In this document: positions 1 to 10,131 of the stretch, piece by piece
Position numbering within the stretch: position 1 is the stretch's first letter
How the letters are laid out: each line of letters opens with the position of its first letter
Assembly: GCF_000315625.1 (NCBI RefSeq)
Contig: NW_005434409.1
Location: forward strand, 1-41,650
Direction: 5' to 3'
Source of the DNA: Guillardia theta CCMP2712
Taxonomy: Eukaryota; Protista; Cryptophyta
DNA length: 41,650 bases
The notes under the pieces: generated by a model
Database searches by the model: none
Told to the model about the DNA's origin: nothing
What the model saw: only the letters and a program-made list of their open reading frames with translations
Translations under genes and position numbers: made by a program

Positions 1-48
1 CCCTCCTCCTCCTCCTCCTCCTCCTCCTCCTCCTCCTCCTCCTCCTCT
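1..48. repeat. (CCT)n microsatellite
   Basis: Direct trinucleotide repeat at the window start. Confidence 0.95.
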
Positions 49-1075
49 ATTTCTCTTCTGATTTGAGAAGGCAACGTAAACTATCAGGTTCACTTGTCCT
101 TGACCCGCCCCTTCAGCTACATCATGCCTATTGCTCGCTCAATTTAGTACAATTCACTCCATCAACATGGTGCAAGACAACACAGAAAAGATGAACGAAT
201 GACCTCACCTCACATCTCATCACCTTGCATCAGCTTCCTTCTAAGATTTCCTTCTTTGTACTTGTTCATCTCACATTTCACATGATTGTTCCTCGATCTA
301 CTTGCTGTAACTCTCTTTCTATGACTTCCTTCTCTCTCCCTCCATCTGCTCCTCTAGTTCTCCTCTACTCGTTTCTCTCCCCTCCTCCCTCTCTCCACCT
401 CCCTCTCCCTCTCTCCTTCCTCACTCTCTCCTCTATCTCCTCTCTCTCTCTCCCTCTCTCCTCTCTCCTGCCTCCTCCTCCTCCTCCTCCCTCTCTTAAA
501 AATCCTTCATCCTTCGGTCAAACCACGGAAACTCTCACCCCTACCCCCTCTCATGCATGAAAAAGTAGGGGTGATAAACAAATCAAAAGTACGATCTTGT
601 ACTTGGGGATATGTGGTGGGTGGTACCACCCTACCCTAAGATCAGTGAAAGGGAGGGGGTACGATATTGCTGCCAGGAATGGTCAAGGCGCAGATAAGAA
701 GGGTAAGGGGTCATGAATGACCCACCCTCTGCAACCCATCTGCTCAGAGGCAGCAAGGGTGATGATCTGAATTAGTGTTATTGCCTTGAAGTGGTAGGGA
801 TGTCATCGTGAGGTAGGGTCGTGGGAGGATTGTAGGGGTTCGCCTCCGGGGGTCAAATTAAAATGAGGGTAGGGGTAGTCGAGAGCAGGGCACAGTGATC
901 AAATCAGGGGTGAGCTGATGATCAGGAGGGGTAGGGGTAGGGGGGTAGTCAGGATTTTGCGGTGGTCAAATGGTGGAGCGGAGTTGAACATAAAAGAAGG
1001 GAAGGGAAGGGAAGGAGAAGGAGGAGCGAGAGCGAGAGCGAGAGCGAGAGCGAGAGCGAGAGCAGCAGGAAGAAC

Positions 1076-2436
1076 ATGGAAGAGCTGTTGACGAGGGAAG
1101 GCAAGTTGAACAACGTCGTAGACGGGAGTAAGGGTAGGATGGTCGCCGACATCCCTGGGATCCGAGGGGGGGGAGTGAGACGAGCGGTGGTGAAGAGGAA
1201 GGAGGACGAGAAGGAGCTGCTGCTGCAGCTCATCACCTTCAAGGAGCTCGCCTTGGGTCAGGAGGAGGAGGAGGTCAAGAAGTCGGTCCTGGAGCAGGTC
1301 GAGTTGCTCAGGGGGCTCAAACATCGTCACATCCTAGGTAAGACGAATTCCTCCCCTCATCCTCCTCCCTCCTCCTGCCTCCTCCTCCCTCCCCCTGCCT
1401 TCTCCTGCCTCCTCCTGCCTCCTCCTCCCTCCCCCTGCCTCCTCCTGCCTCCTCCTGCCTCCTCCTGCCTCCTCCTGCCTCCTCTTGTTCTCCTGTTTTC
1501 GTCCTCTCCTCCTTCACCCTCTCACACCTTCTCTCTCAAGGAGTCGTCGACGCGTTCCCCGCGGCAGAGCTGGACGGCAGGCTCGGCAGCTTCGAGGGGG
1601 GGGACCTGACGGAGCTCAGCGGGGGCCCGTCGGACCTGTGCATGCTGACGGAGCACAAGAGGAGGACGATGCTGGAGCTGATCGAGGAGCAGCGGGGGTG
1701 CGGCGGCAAGCTCGAGGAGGAGAGGATCTGGAAGTGGGTCATCCAGCTGTGCTCGGCGCTGGGGCAGCTTCACGCCATCGGCCTCGTGCTCGGCAGCCTT
1801 CACCCCCGGCAGGTCTACATCGACGAGCACGACGACGTGCGGGTCTTCCCCGTCGGCAGCCTCACCCTGGCGCTGCAGAGGAGGGAGGAGCGGGAGGGGC
1901 TGGGGGCCGGGACCCCCTCCCCCGAGACGTTCCTCAACGTCTCCCCCGAGCGCCTCCGGGCTCGGCTGCAGAGCTTCACCCCCAAGTGCGACATGTGGGC
2001 GCTGGGCTGCTCGGCCTACTGGCTAGTGACGCTCTCCCATCCCTTCGTGAGCTTCGGCAAGGACATTCTCCGAGGCATTCAGAACGAGCCTCCCCGCAAG
2101 ATCCGCCGGTCCGAGCACAACTACAGCTGGTGCCTCCGCTCCCTCCCCCAGTGGCTCCTCCAGAAGGACCCCAGCTACCGCCCAACTGCCATGGAGCTCT
2201 ACACTCACTTCCTCTTCAACTGGCCGCAGAACTCCTACCTCTTTACGGAGGAAGGAAACTTTCTGTCCATCGACTCGTCGGCCGTCAGCCACTGGAGTGC
2301 GGAGGCTCTGGACGAGTGCGGCGAGTCAGTCGAGTGGAACACGGAGCAAGCGATCGAGAAGGCTGTGGATGGGACTGAGACTCAGTGGGAGGACTTGATG
2401 GCCTTGTACGCACAACCTGACCTACAGGAGAACTGA
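1076..2436 (+). CDS. NEK-like protein kinase-fold protein, probable pseudokinase (2 exons; intron 1338-1540)
   Basis: Splicing GTAAG...CTCAAG joins EQVELLRGLKHRHIL to GVVDAF...LCMLTEH...LEEERIWKWVIQLCSALGQLH...SPE...KCDMWALGC...LLQKDPSYRPTAMEL, which follows kinase subdomains III-XI in NEK style. The catalytic HRD and DFG motifs are replaced. Confidence 0.8.
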
Positions 2437-2696
2437 AAGATGAGTGAGAAGGTCGCTAACTTGCTGTGTTGAGATGAGAGTAGTGCTGCTGTCTCGTCGT
2501 GTCAGCAGGGAGGATTGACATACGTGGACGAGGAGTTTGTCTTCTTGTGAATGAATCATGATTGAGAAACGTGCATGTCTCCTGCTTCAAGAGCGAAAGT
2601 AACGTGAAGCAATGATCACCAGCAGAGGACTTCAATCCAATCTCTCGAGAGCTCCTCCACTCACTATTTCGCTGACTGCCCCAACACTCTCCCTCC

Positions 2697-3545
2697 TCAC
2701 TCCTCGCGCTCGTTCCACAGTCTGTTCGCTGCCTCCAAGTCGTCCAGGACTCCCGTCGTCTTCCACGTCTCTCCGAGATCCGGCAGGGTGTCCCACATGC
2801 TGTACAGGAGGAGGCGGCGAGGATGGAGGGAGGGGAACACCTGCCGCTCGGCTGCCATGCCGAGACGGAGGATACTGCGGAGCTTCGCCTCTAGGGGAGA
2901 GAGCTCGTTGCCGAGGTCGGGATCGAACCCTTCCGTGCCGAGGGAGGAGCGTTGAAGGAGGTGCCAGAGGAGGAGGGAGTACTTGTGTATCATGAGCAGC
3001 ATCAGCCAGTGGGTCATCGCCACCTCCCCGTCCAGCTCTGCCAGCAGCTTCTCCCCGCGGCCTGCGAGGCTTCGGAGCTCGTCGAGGGGAGGAGACTCGC
3101 GGTCGCAAAGCTCGTCGGCGAGGATGCAGAAGTGAGAGACGCCGAGCTCGAGGTCTACCAGCCTCGTCGCGCCCTCGGGGCCCTGACTCCCTCCTCCCTT
3201 CATCGCCTCCAGCATCTTGTCGACCTTGTCCTCCTGATCGAGGCAACGAGGGCAGTCGCACTCGAACCCCCACCTGTGCAGCAGCTCCTGCCTCCTCATC
3301 GCCTTGGGCAGCGCGTACAAGGTCGAGTCGTAGCATATGGCGATCTCCTGCCCCGTCCTGATCTGCCTCAGCGCTCGGACCTGAACGTCGTCGCTAGTTG
3401 GGCAGGGGTAGATGGCCGCGTTCGGCTTGCATGAATGGTTGAAGGCGCTGGCGTCCCTTGCTAGTACGCAGTCTCCTCGCGCGTTCCTAAACCTGAAAGT
3501 ATCTGAGCAGCAAGGATGAGCAGGAGGAGCAGGAGCAGGAGCAGG

Positions 3546-3611
<66 letters not shown>

Positions 3612-3976
3612 AGCAGGAGCAGGAGGAGCAGGAGCAGGAGGATGAAGAGGAGGAGGAGATCTCACCCGTTCAGGCTTGACTGTGCGACGATCCTTGACCA
3701 TCCCTCCTCGTCGATACGCTGACGGAGATCCTTGGGCACCTCCTTCCTCTCGTACTTTAACGGCGCATGCAGCACCCGCACCAGCTTCGGATCCTCCATG
3801 ACTTGTCTCGCAAGCTCCTCTAGGGACCTCCCACGGATGGGCTGCTCCTTGAGCATGAGCTCGCCCTCCTCGATGCGAGTTCTCGCCAGGAAGCCTCTGC
3901 CCTTCCCTCCTCCCACCTCCTCCACCATCTCCGCCCCTCGTCGCAGCCATCGCACCCCCCGCACTGTAAGACGCAT
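2697..3976 (-). CDS. SMYD-type SET-domain lysine methyltransferase (2 exons; intron 3493-3665)
   Basis: N-SET motif GKGRGFLARTRIEEGELMLKEQP. After splicing: SLNGF...ASAFNHSCKPNA...VRALRQIRTGQEIAICY...RRQELLHRWGFECDCPRC (post-SET CxCxxC). Start is 3976 or 3928. Confidence 0.88.
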
Positions 3977-4024
3977 GGTGCGGGGACTCGGAGCCTTGGA
4001 ACTTTGACAGTCCTGACGGCTCTT

Positions 4025-4080
4025 AAAGTTTGAAATTTTGAAAGTTTGAATGTATGAAAGTTTGAAAGTTTGAAAGTTAG
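4025..4080. promoter_or_regulatory. Candidate bidirectional promoter with about 7 degenerate AAAGTTTG (TTTGAA-containing) 8-bp repeats
   Basis: AT-rich tandem repeat within the ~110 bp between the divergent ATGs at 3976 (-) and 4088 (+). Confidence 0.5.
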
Positions 4081-4087
4081 AGGAACC

Positions 4088-5758
4088 ATGGCAAGCCCCG
4101 TCTCGCATGCGCTCGTGTCGACGTACCTGGGGATGAGGTGAGGACGAGGAGGACGAGGAGGACGAGGAGGACGAGGAGGACGAGGAGAGGGAAGGAGGAG
4201 ACACGCAGAGAGAGGAGAGGGTGGAAACCAACAGGAGGGAGAGGAGTGGAGTCAAGGGAAGTCGAAGAAGTCCGGGAGGGATATTAGTACAGGAAGAGAA
4301 GGAGAGGAAATGCGGGAAGAGCAGCGATGGAGGAGACAAACTATCATCGTGTGAGCACGTAGACAAGAATCGCTGTAAGAGTTCATCCATTCTGATCCTG
4401 ACATCGCTGCTGTTTGCCCGTCCATGGCTCCTTGCGGCCCTTAGGAATGGGCTGCATTACGGGGTGAAGATTAGAGCACCCCACGCGCTCATCATGCACC
4501 TCATCTTCAAGGCTCAGTCCCCCCTGAAAGACAACCTCATCTCCATCCTCAAGGTACCGCTACACGTCCGTCCTGCCTCCTCCATCCTGCCTCCTCCTCC
4601 GCTCCTCCCCTCTTCCTAACCCTTCCCTCTCCAGATGAGCTTCGTGCATGCAAGAAACCTCGGGGTGTTCGTCTTCATCTACAAGGGTCTGCTGTCTGCG
4701 GTGCTGCTAGCTCGTGCTTGTTCACTTGCCTCATCGTTCCTCCAGGCTAGGCTGCTCTACATTGCCCTCGGCCTTGGGGTCTCCACACCACCGGGAGCAG
4801 CAGCACGGGGCTGGCATGCTCTGCTGGCAGGATGGTAAGAAGTGAAGTTGTGGTGAAGGAGATCCGTTCCCTTCAACACTTCATCCTCCTCGTCCATCAT
4901 CAACACCACTGTGCTGTTTCCTCCTCCTCTGCCTAACGCCAGTCCCTCCTAGCTCCTACTCGTCCTTTACTGACATTCTTGTGGAGGATCGGAGCACAGT
5001 TCGTGTGGGCAAACTTCTCGTCAGTGAACGAGCAGATTTGCTTGTACCTGCTGAGCAGAGTGAGAAATCGAGGAGGAGGAGAGGAGGGGGAAGTAGGGTG
5101 GGAGGGGAGGGGAGCAGCGGGAGGGCGAAGGGGAGCAGGAGCAGGAGCAGGAGATTCACAGGCGGGCAGGTAATCCTCGGTCTCTTCAAGCTGATGGCAA
5201 AGAGAGGAGTTTCGCCTCTGAACAAGGTCAACTACCAACAAGTCTACCCCTACCTCGCCTCCGCGTACCGTCGAGCTAACAAGTTTGTGCGATGCTGACT
5301 AGCCCGCAGGATCTGGGCGATTGTCATGTGGATCTACGAGGTTGAACCCAAGATGCTGCAGCCTTCCCTTGAAGCCTCCATGAGGTGCAACAACAACAAA
5401 CAACATCGTCATCACCACTACCACCACCACCACCATCAACAACAACAAACAACAACATCGTCACCACCACCACCACCACCACCACCACCATCAACAACAG
5501 CAAAAAACAACATCGTCATCATCATCATCACCACCACCACCACCATCAACAACAACAACAACAACCTTCCTCCTCCCTCCTATTACCACGACCAGCACCT
5601 CTGACGTTGAGCTCAGGTATCTCTACACCGACAGCAACTCCTGGAGCAGGAAGGAGAGGTTCTTCCCCACCCTCGCCTCTGCCGCCATCCTGGGGAGCGT
5701 CTTCTGGATGAAGAGAAAGAGCCTGGCGGACCTCTGGGACCTCAAGAAGAGGGTGTGA
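4088..5758 (+). CDS. PXMP4: Peroxisomal membrane protein 4 (PMP24, Tim17 family); exons 4088-4137, 4445-4553, 4635-4700, 4746-4834, 4987-5059, 5170-5264, 5310-5384, 5617-5758
   Basis: The spliced product contains RNGLHYGVKIRAPHALIM, HARNLGVFVFIYKGL, VNEQICLYLLSRVILGL and IWAIVMWIYE...LQPSLEASMRYLYTDSNSW, all hallmark PXMP4 motifs. All introns are GT-AG and keep frame. Confidence 0.93.
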
Positions 5759-5958
5759 CGAGGCGGGCACGCGAGGAGGCGAGCGAAAGGCGACAAGGTT
5801 AACGCAGACGGAGGGCGGGAGAGCGGAACAAGGGGAGGGGAGGACGAGGCTGCGTGAGAGGAGCGAGGAGCGAAGAGGGGCGGGAGAGGAGGAGGAAGAT
5901 AAGAAGTTGAGGGAGGGGGGGAGGGGGGGGTGGGGCGGTTGGTACTTCAGGAGTTTCG

Positions 5959-8217
5959 TTAAGGAGTTGCGTTGACAAGCACAGAGCGGAAGTACTGAGT
6001 GAACTGCTTCCTGTCAAGGCCCCCCCGCGAGCTGCCAGTAATGTCCTGCAGCAGATGCTCGATGCTCTCGGCGTCGAACCCGAGCCTCTCGAGCCTCAGG
6101 AGCAGCTCCTTGCGGTCCACCACCCCCGAGTTGTCCTCGTCGAAGAACTGAAAGAGCTGCTCCAAGGAGTTTACCAGCTCGTCCCCCTCGTCAGCTGGGA
6201 ACATCATGGCCGTTGCGAACTCCTTGAAGTCGATGTGCCCGTTACGGTTCACGTCCATGAAGGAGGTGAGCTGCTGAAGGGCCCCAGGGCTGACGTGGCA
6301 GCCGAGGTCGTCGGCGATGGTCTTGACCTCGTCGCAGCTGATCATGCCGCTCTTGTCCGTGTCGTGGATCTCAAAGATGGCACGGAGGTCAAGGAGGACG
6401 TCGGGGGACTCCTTGCTGAAGAGCTCCTCCCACTCCATCTCGACGATCTCGGACGTGCGCCGGTGGAAGTGATAGCCCGACTTGATGAGCTGGAGGCGGA
6501 AGATTATCTTGGAGAGGGTGAGGAGGATGGCGTCGAAACGCTTCTTCCTCTGCTGCCGTAGCACCTTCCACACGTCGTCGTTCTGCCGCAGCTTCTCGGT
6601 CGCTGTGTTCCAGTTGTACATGAGGAAGGTCGGGGGAGTGAGCAGGATGGCGGCGAAGGGAGGGAGCATCGCGAGGTACTGGAGAAAGTCGAGCTCCTTG
6701 GGTAGCTGAAGGCTCTCAAAGAAGATGGGCTGGAGGGCGAGAAGCACGATGGAGTTGAAGAGGAGGAGCTTCATGCTCGAGAGGTAGTAGCCCGGCCCGT
6801 TGGCCCCGACGCGTCCGAACAAGATCTCATGGTCGTTGCGGGGGGGAGCGCTGAAGGGAATCTCGAAGAGCGCGGCCCAGTTGACAAAGTTGTTGTCGTA
6901 GACCTCCCGGTTGAGCTCCAAGTAGGGGGGAGGCTGCAGACGGTAGTAGTCGATGCCGTTCTTGGAGACCTTGCGCAGCCCCGGCATGAGCTGGTGGTGG
7001 ATGATGGACATCTTCATGAAGTTCCATAGCGTCCAGACTATGATGGAGGCATGGGAGAGGAGGAAGATGGAGAGGAGGCCGACCTTGTACCCTCCGTCCC
7101 CGAACTCCACCTCTCCGAGGCCCTCCAGCAGAATTACGGCGAGGGCGAGGGGAATCCAGATCCAGGCGAGCTGCTTCGTCTCGATGGTGACGAGCTTCCT
7201 GAGGTTCTTGGAGGCGTTGTTCTCCAGGTAGGAGAAGAACTTGAAGTCTTCGGGGAGGAAGATCCCGTCCCGCTTCGCTTGCACGATGAACCTCTCGCGG
7301 AACCGGAGGAACTCTGCCTTCCTCTCCTCCGAGTCCTTGACCAGCTCGCTCAGGAGGAGGTTCACACTCCAGATCTCCTCCGGGCGCGTCGCCGACAGCC
7401 CTCCATGCATGATCATCTTCTCGAAGACTCTGTCGTGCGACCACTTCATCTCCGGGCGGTCGTTCTTGAGCTTCATCACGTCGTCGGAGATCTTCATGCG
7501 GATCAGGTCGTAGCGGAACGAGAAGTCCCACTCCTGGATCTGCCTGCTGATCCATATCACCAGCATCGTGCAGGCCCCGAAGAAGGCGATGGTCACCGAG
7601 AAGAGGCCGTTATGCAAGGTTTCGAACTCCTCGAACAGGAGCTCGGGCTCCCCGAGGTACTTGTCGCTCAGGTACGCCAGTCAGCTGTCCTCTCCTCCGA
7701 TCTGGAAGGATCCGACCAGGAGGCCGATGAAGCCCAGGGTCGCGAGCTCGGAGAAGATCTTGACGATGACCGGCCGCATGGTGAGCGGGAGCTCCTCCTT
7801 CACGTACTCCTTGAACATGTCGAAGACGTTGGTCAGGAGGAGGATGGCTGAAATAAGGATGAGGCCCCAGCCCGCTGAGGTCCCGATGATCGCCTTGAGG
7901 AAAGGGTTCAGAAACTCGACATGGTGGCTAGCATGCTCGCTGTGAGCCCCCCCCGTTGACGGAAGGGACGAGTGCAAGTTGCCGATAAGCTCGTCCAGTC
8001 CACTGCCCTGCATGCGAGCCGCCTGCCTCCTCCTCCTGGCGAATCCGAGAGCCGGAGGAACTGGACTCCTCAGACGAGGTCGATGAGAAGAAAGTTTGGC
8101 TGCCGCTGGGTGCAGCACGAAGCACTGGCAAGGGTTGAAAGAAAGTAAAAGAATAAGGGTCAACAACAAGAGCTTGTTCGCATCCAGGGATGCTCGGGTT
8201 GTCCAGGGAATGTACAT
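5959..8217 (-). CDS. MLO-family multi-pass membrane protein with C-terminal EF-hands and an N-terminal signal/transit-like leader; one in-frame TGA at 7681-7683
   Basis: MLO-like motifs VKIFSELATLGFIGLL, LHNGLF and EFLRFRERFI...PEDFKFFSYL. EF-hand loops DTDKSGMISCDE, DVNRNGHIDFKE and DEDNSGVVDRKE. ORFs 7681-8217 and 5959-7617 share a frame, separated only by the TGA and 21 sense codons. Confidence 0.78.
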
Positions 8218-9339
8218 GGCAACGGAGGATGAAGACCTCGATGATCAACACGGAAAAATCACAAAGCTAAACTCTTACAACAACAGTACAACAAAAAATT
8301 GGAAGGACAATTCCGATGAAAATTCCGCCCTGCCGCATGTTGGATCAGCCGAATGTCCGACATGATATAGTGAGAACAGGTAACAAACATCAAAGTTGCT
8401 GTGAAGCATTGTTTGATCAATATTCCTCGCACTTTGGTCCTTTATCAGTATGTTATCCTCCTTGATATCAAACCTCTCGATCAGGGTAGGCTGTGCCTCC
8501 TGCCTTCAAGTGTTTGCGAGTCGTGTCGCGTCCATTCTTCTGTAAGCTATCAGCTAACTCGCACGTTCTACTTCAGTCTGATCTGACTCAAAGTTCGAGT
8601 CGATCTGGTATTACACCATCTCATCTGCCTTCGTCTCCGCCAGCATACCTTGCCTTCTCGATGCATTTCATCGAGCTACTTCATAGTCTTCGAACCATCC
8701 ACCAACTTTCGGTATCCTTGCTTTCTCGTCAAAGCTACTCCCCTACTCCCCTCCCCTCCCCTCCTCTTCTTCTCGCATCTCCTGTCAAGAAGCGCTGCAT
8801 CGTGCGGTCTCAATTTCCGAACAAATAACATGTGGTTTTAAAAATTGATACTGTAGTACTATTTAAAATAGCTTATATAAAAATTGCACCTACCCCTACC
8901 TACCTATTTACTGGTCTGATGACCCCACCTTCTGAAATCAAACCGAAGCAGTCAAGTTTTGGTTACGTATCGTCGTAAGTCGATGTTAATCTCTGTTAAT
9001 CTTGACAGTACTCGGTGATTCTCTGTGATTTTAGCGATCTCAATTGACATCTACGTGTGATGTTCTGTTAAATGATCAAATACTTTTTAACTTCTGTGAA
9101 CGTAAGAAGAAGTTGCTAGTCCCAACGTCAGCAACGTGTAAAGTAAAAAAAAAATTCCCGGAGGATCTCAGTGACTCGCCGGGCTTAAACCGGTGCTTGA
9201 GGCGGCCGGGCCCGCCACGCCGTGACGGCCGGGCCGGCCTAACCGTACTGACAGTCGGTCCTGCCAGGGGGGCCGTGGCAAGCGGCGGAGGCTGCCAGGG
9301 GCCGGGTGGCCCGGCCGGGCATGAGGCCCGGTGAGAGCG

Positions 9340-9420
9340 GCCGAGTCGACTCGTCGGAAATGAAGCCTAAGTTGACTGCCGAGTCGACTCGTCGGAAATG
9401 AAGCCTATAAGTTGACTGCC
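9340..9420. repeat. Two-copy 38/40-bp direct repeat inside a GC-rich, palindrome-dense island (about 9160-9620)
   Basis: GCCGAGTCGACTCGTCGGAAATGAAGCCTA(TA)AGTTGACT occurs twice in tandem. Confidence 0.9.
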
Positions 9421-10131
9421 AGGGTTGGGACTTGAGTCGCCGTGACCGTGACGGTCACCGGGTGACTCAGTGGTGCCCTACTAGCCTAGATCCCGAGTCC
9501 CCGGACTCGGGCCGGGATTTTACACCCGGCTTCAACTCAAGGACGGTTCAAGCCTCCGATTTTAGTTCGGTGCCAGGGTGAGCGGCCGGGCGGGCCCACC
9601 GCTAAGTTGGTACTGAAAACTGACATGTCGGAGTCGCCTAGTTGCAGGTGTGTACCCCCACCCCCTCATCTCCCAGATATTTTCAGTGATATGACCCCCT
9701 CCCAAGATGCGTAAAGGCCTCTTGCCAACATTGTTGCTACCACCCCACCCCAGTTGAAGAAATTCAATTAGCTCAAGGAATATACCACCCTCTTGTTCTA
9801 GGGCAGACTACCCGTACTTTCGTGAATACCACCCCACCCCTCCTTCAAGACCCCTTGAAGTACCATGATTATTGTACCCCCACCGCCACGAAATGCAGAG
9901 GAGATTGTCTACCACCTACCCACCAACAAATTTACCCCACCCCCAACATTAGTCCTCCAAATCGTTTGTCCACCCCTGCTTTTCATACCCTACCCCAGTG
10001 TCTGGACTTTATCCAATACCACCCCTATGGACTCCACTAAATACACCCCACCCTGAATAATCTGCCACCCCTACCCAGTACCCACCCCTGGGACCGGCAT
10101 CCTCACCCCCTGCTAGTCCCTCGCCGCCGCG

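Noticed and set aside
225-560. 111-aa ORF near the window start
   Set aside because: CT-rich low-complexity sequence with a non-ATG start and no domain evidence.
5760-5958. SECIS element for the MLO in-frame TGA
   Set aside because: The minus-strand 3' region is pyrimidine-rich low-complexity sequence with no visible AUGA/AA/GA stem-loop.
6055-7945. Long antisense ORFs over the MLO gene, and likewise over PEPC, the channel, EFHC and 25157-26035
   Set aside because: These are shadow ORFs expected from codon bias on the true coding strand.
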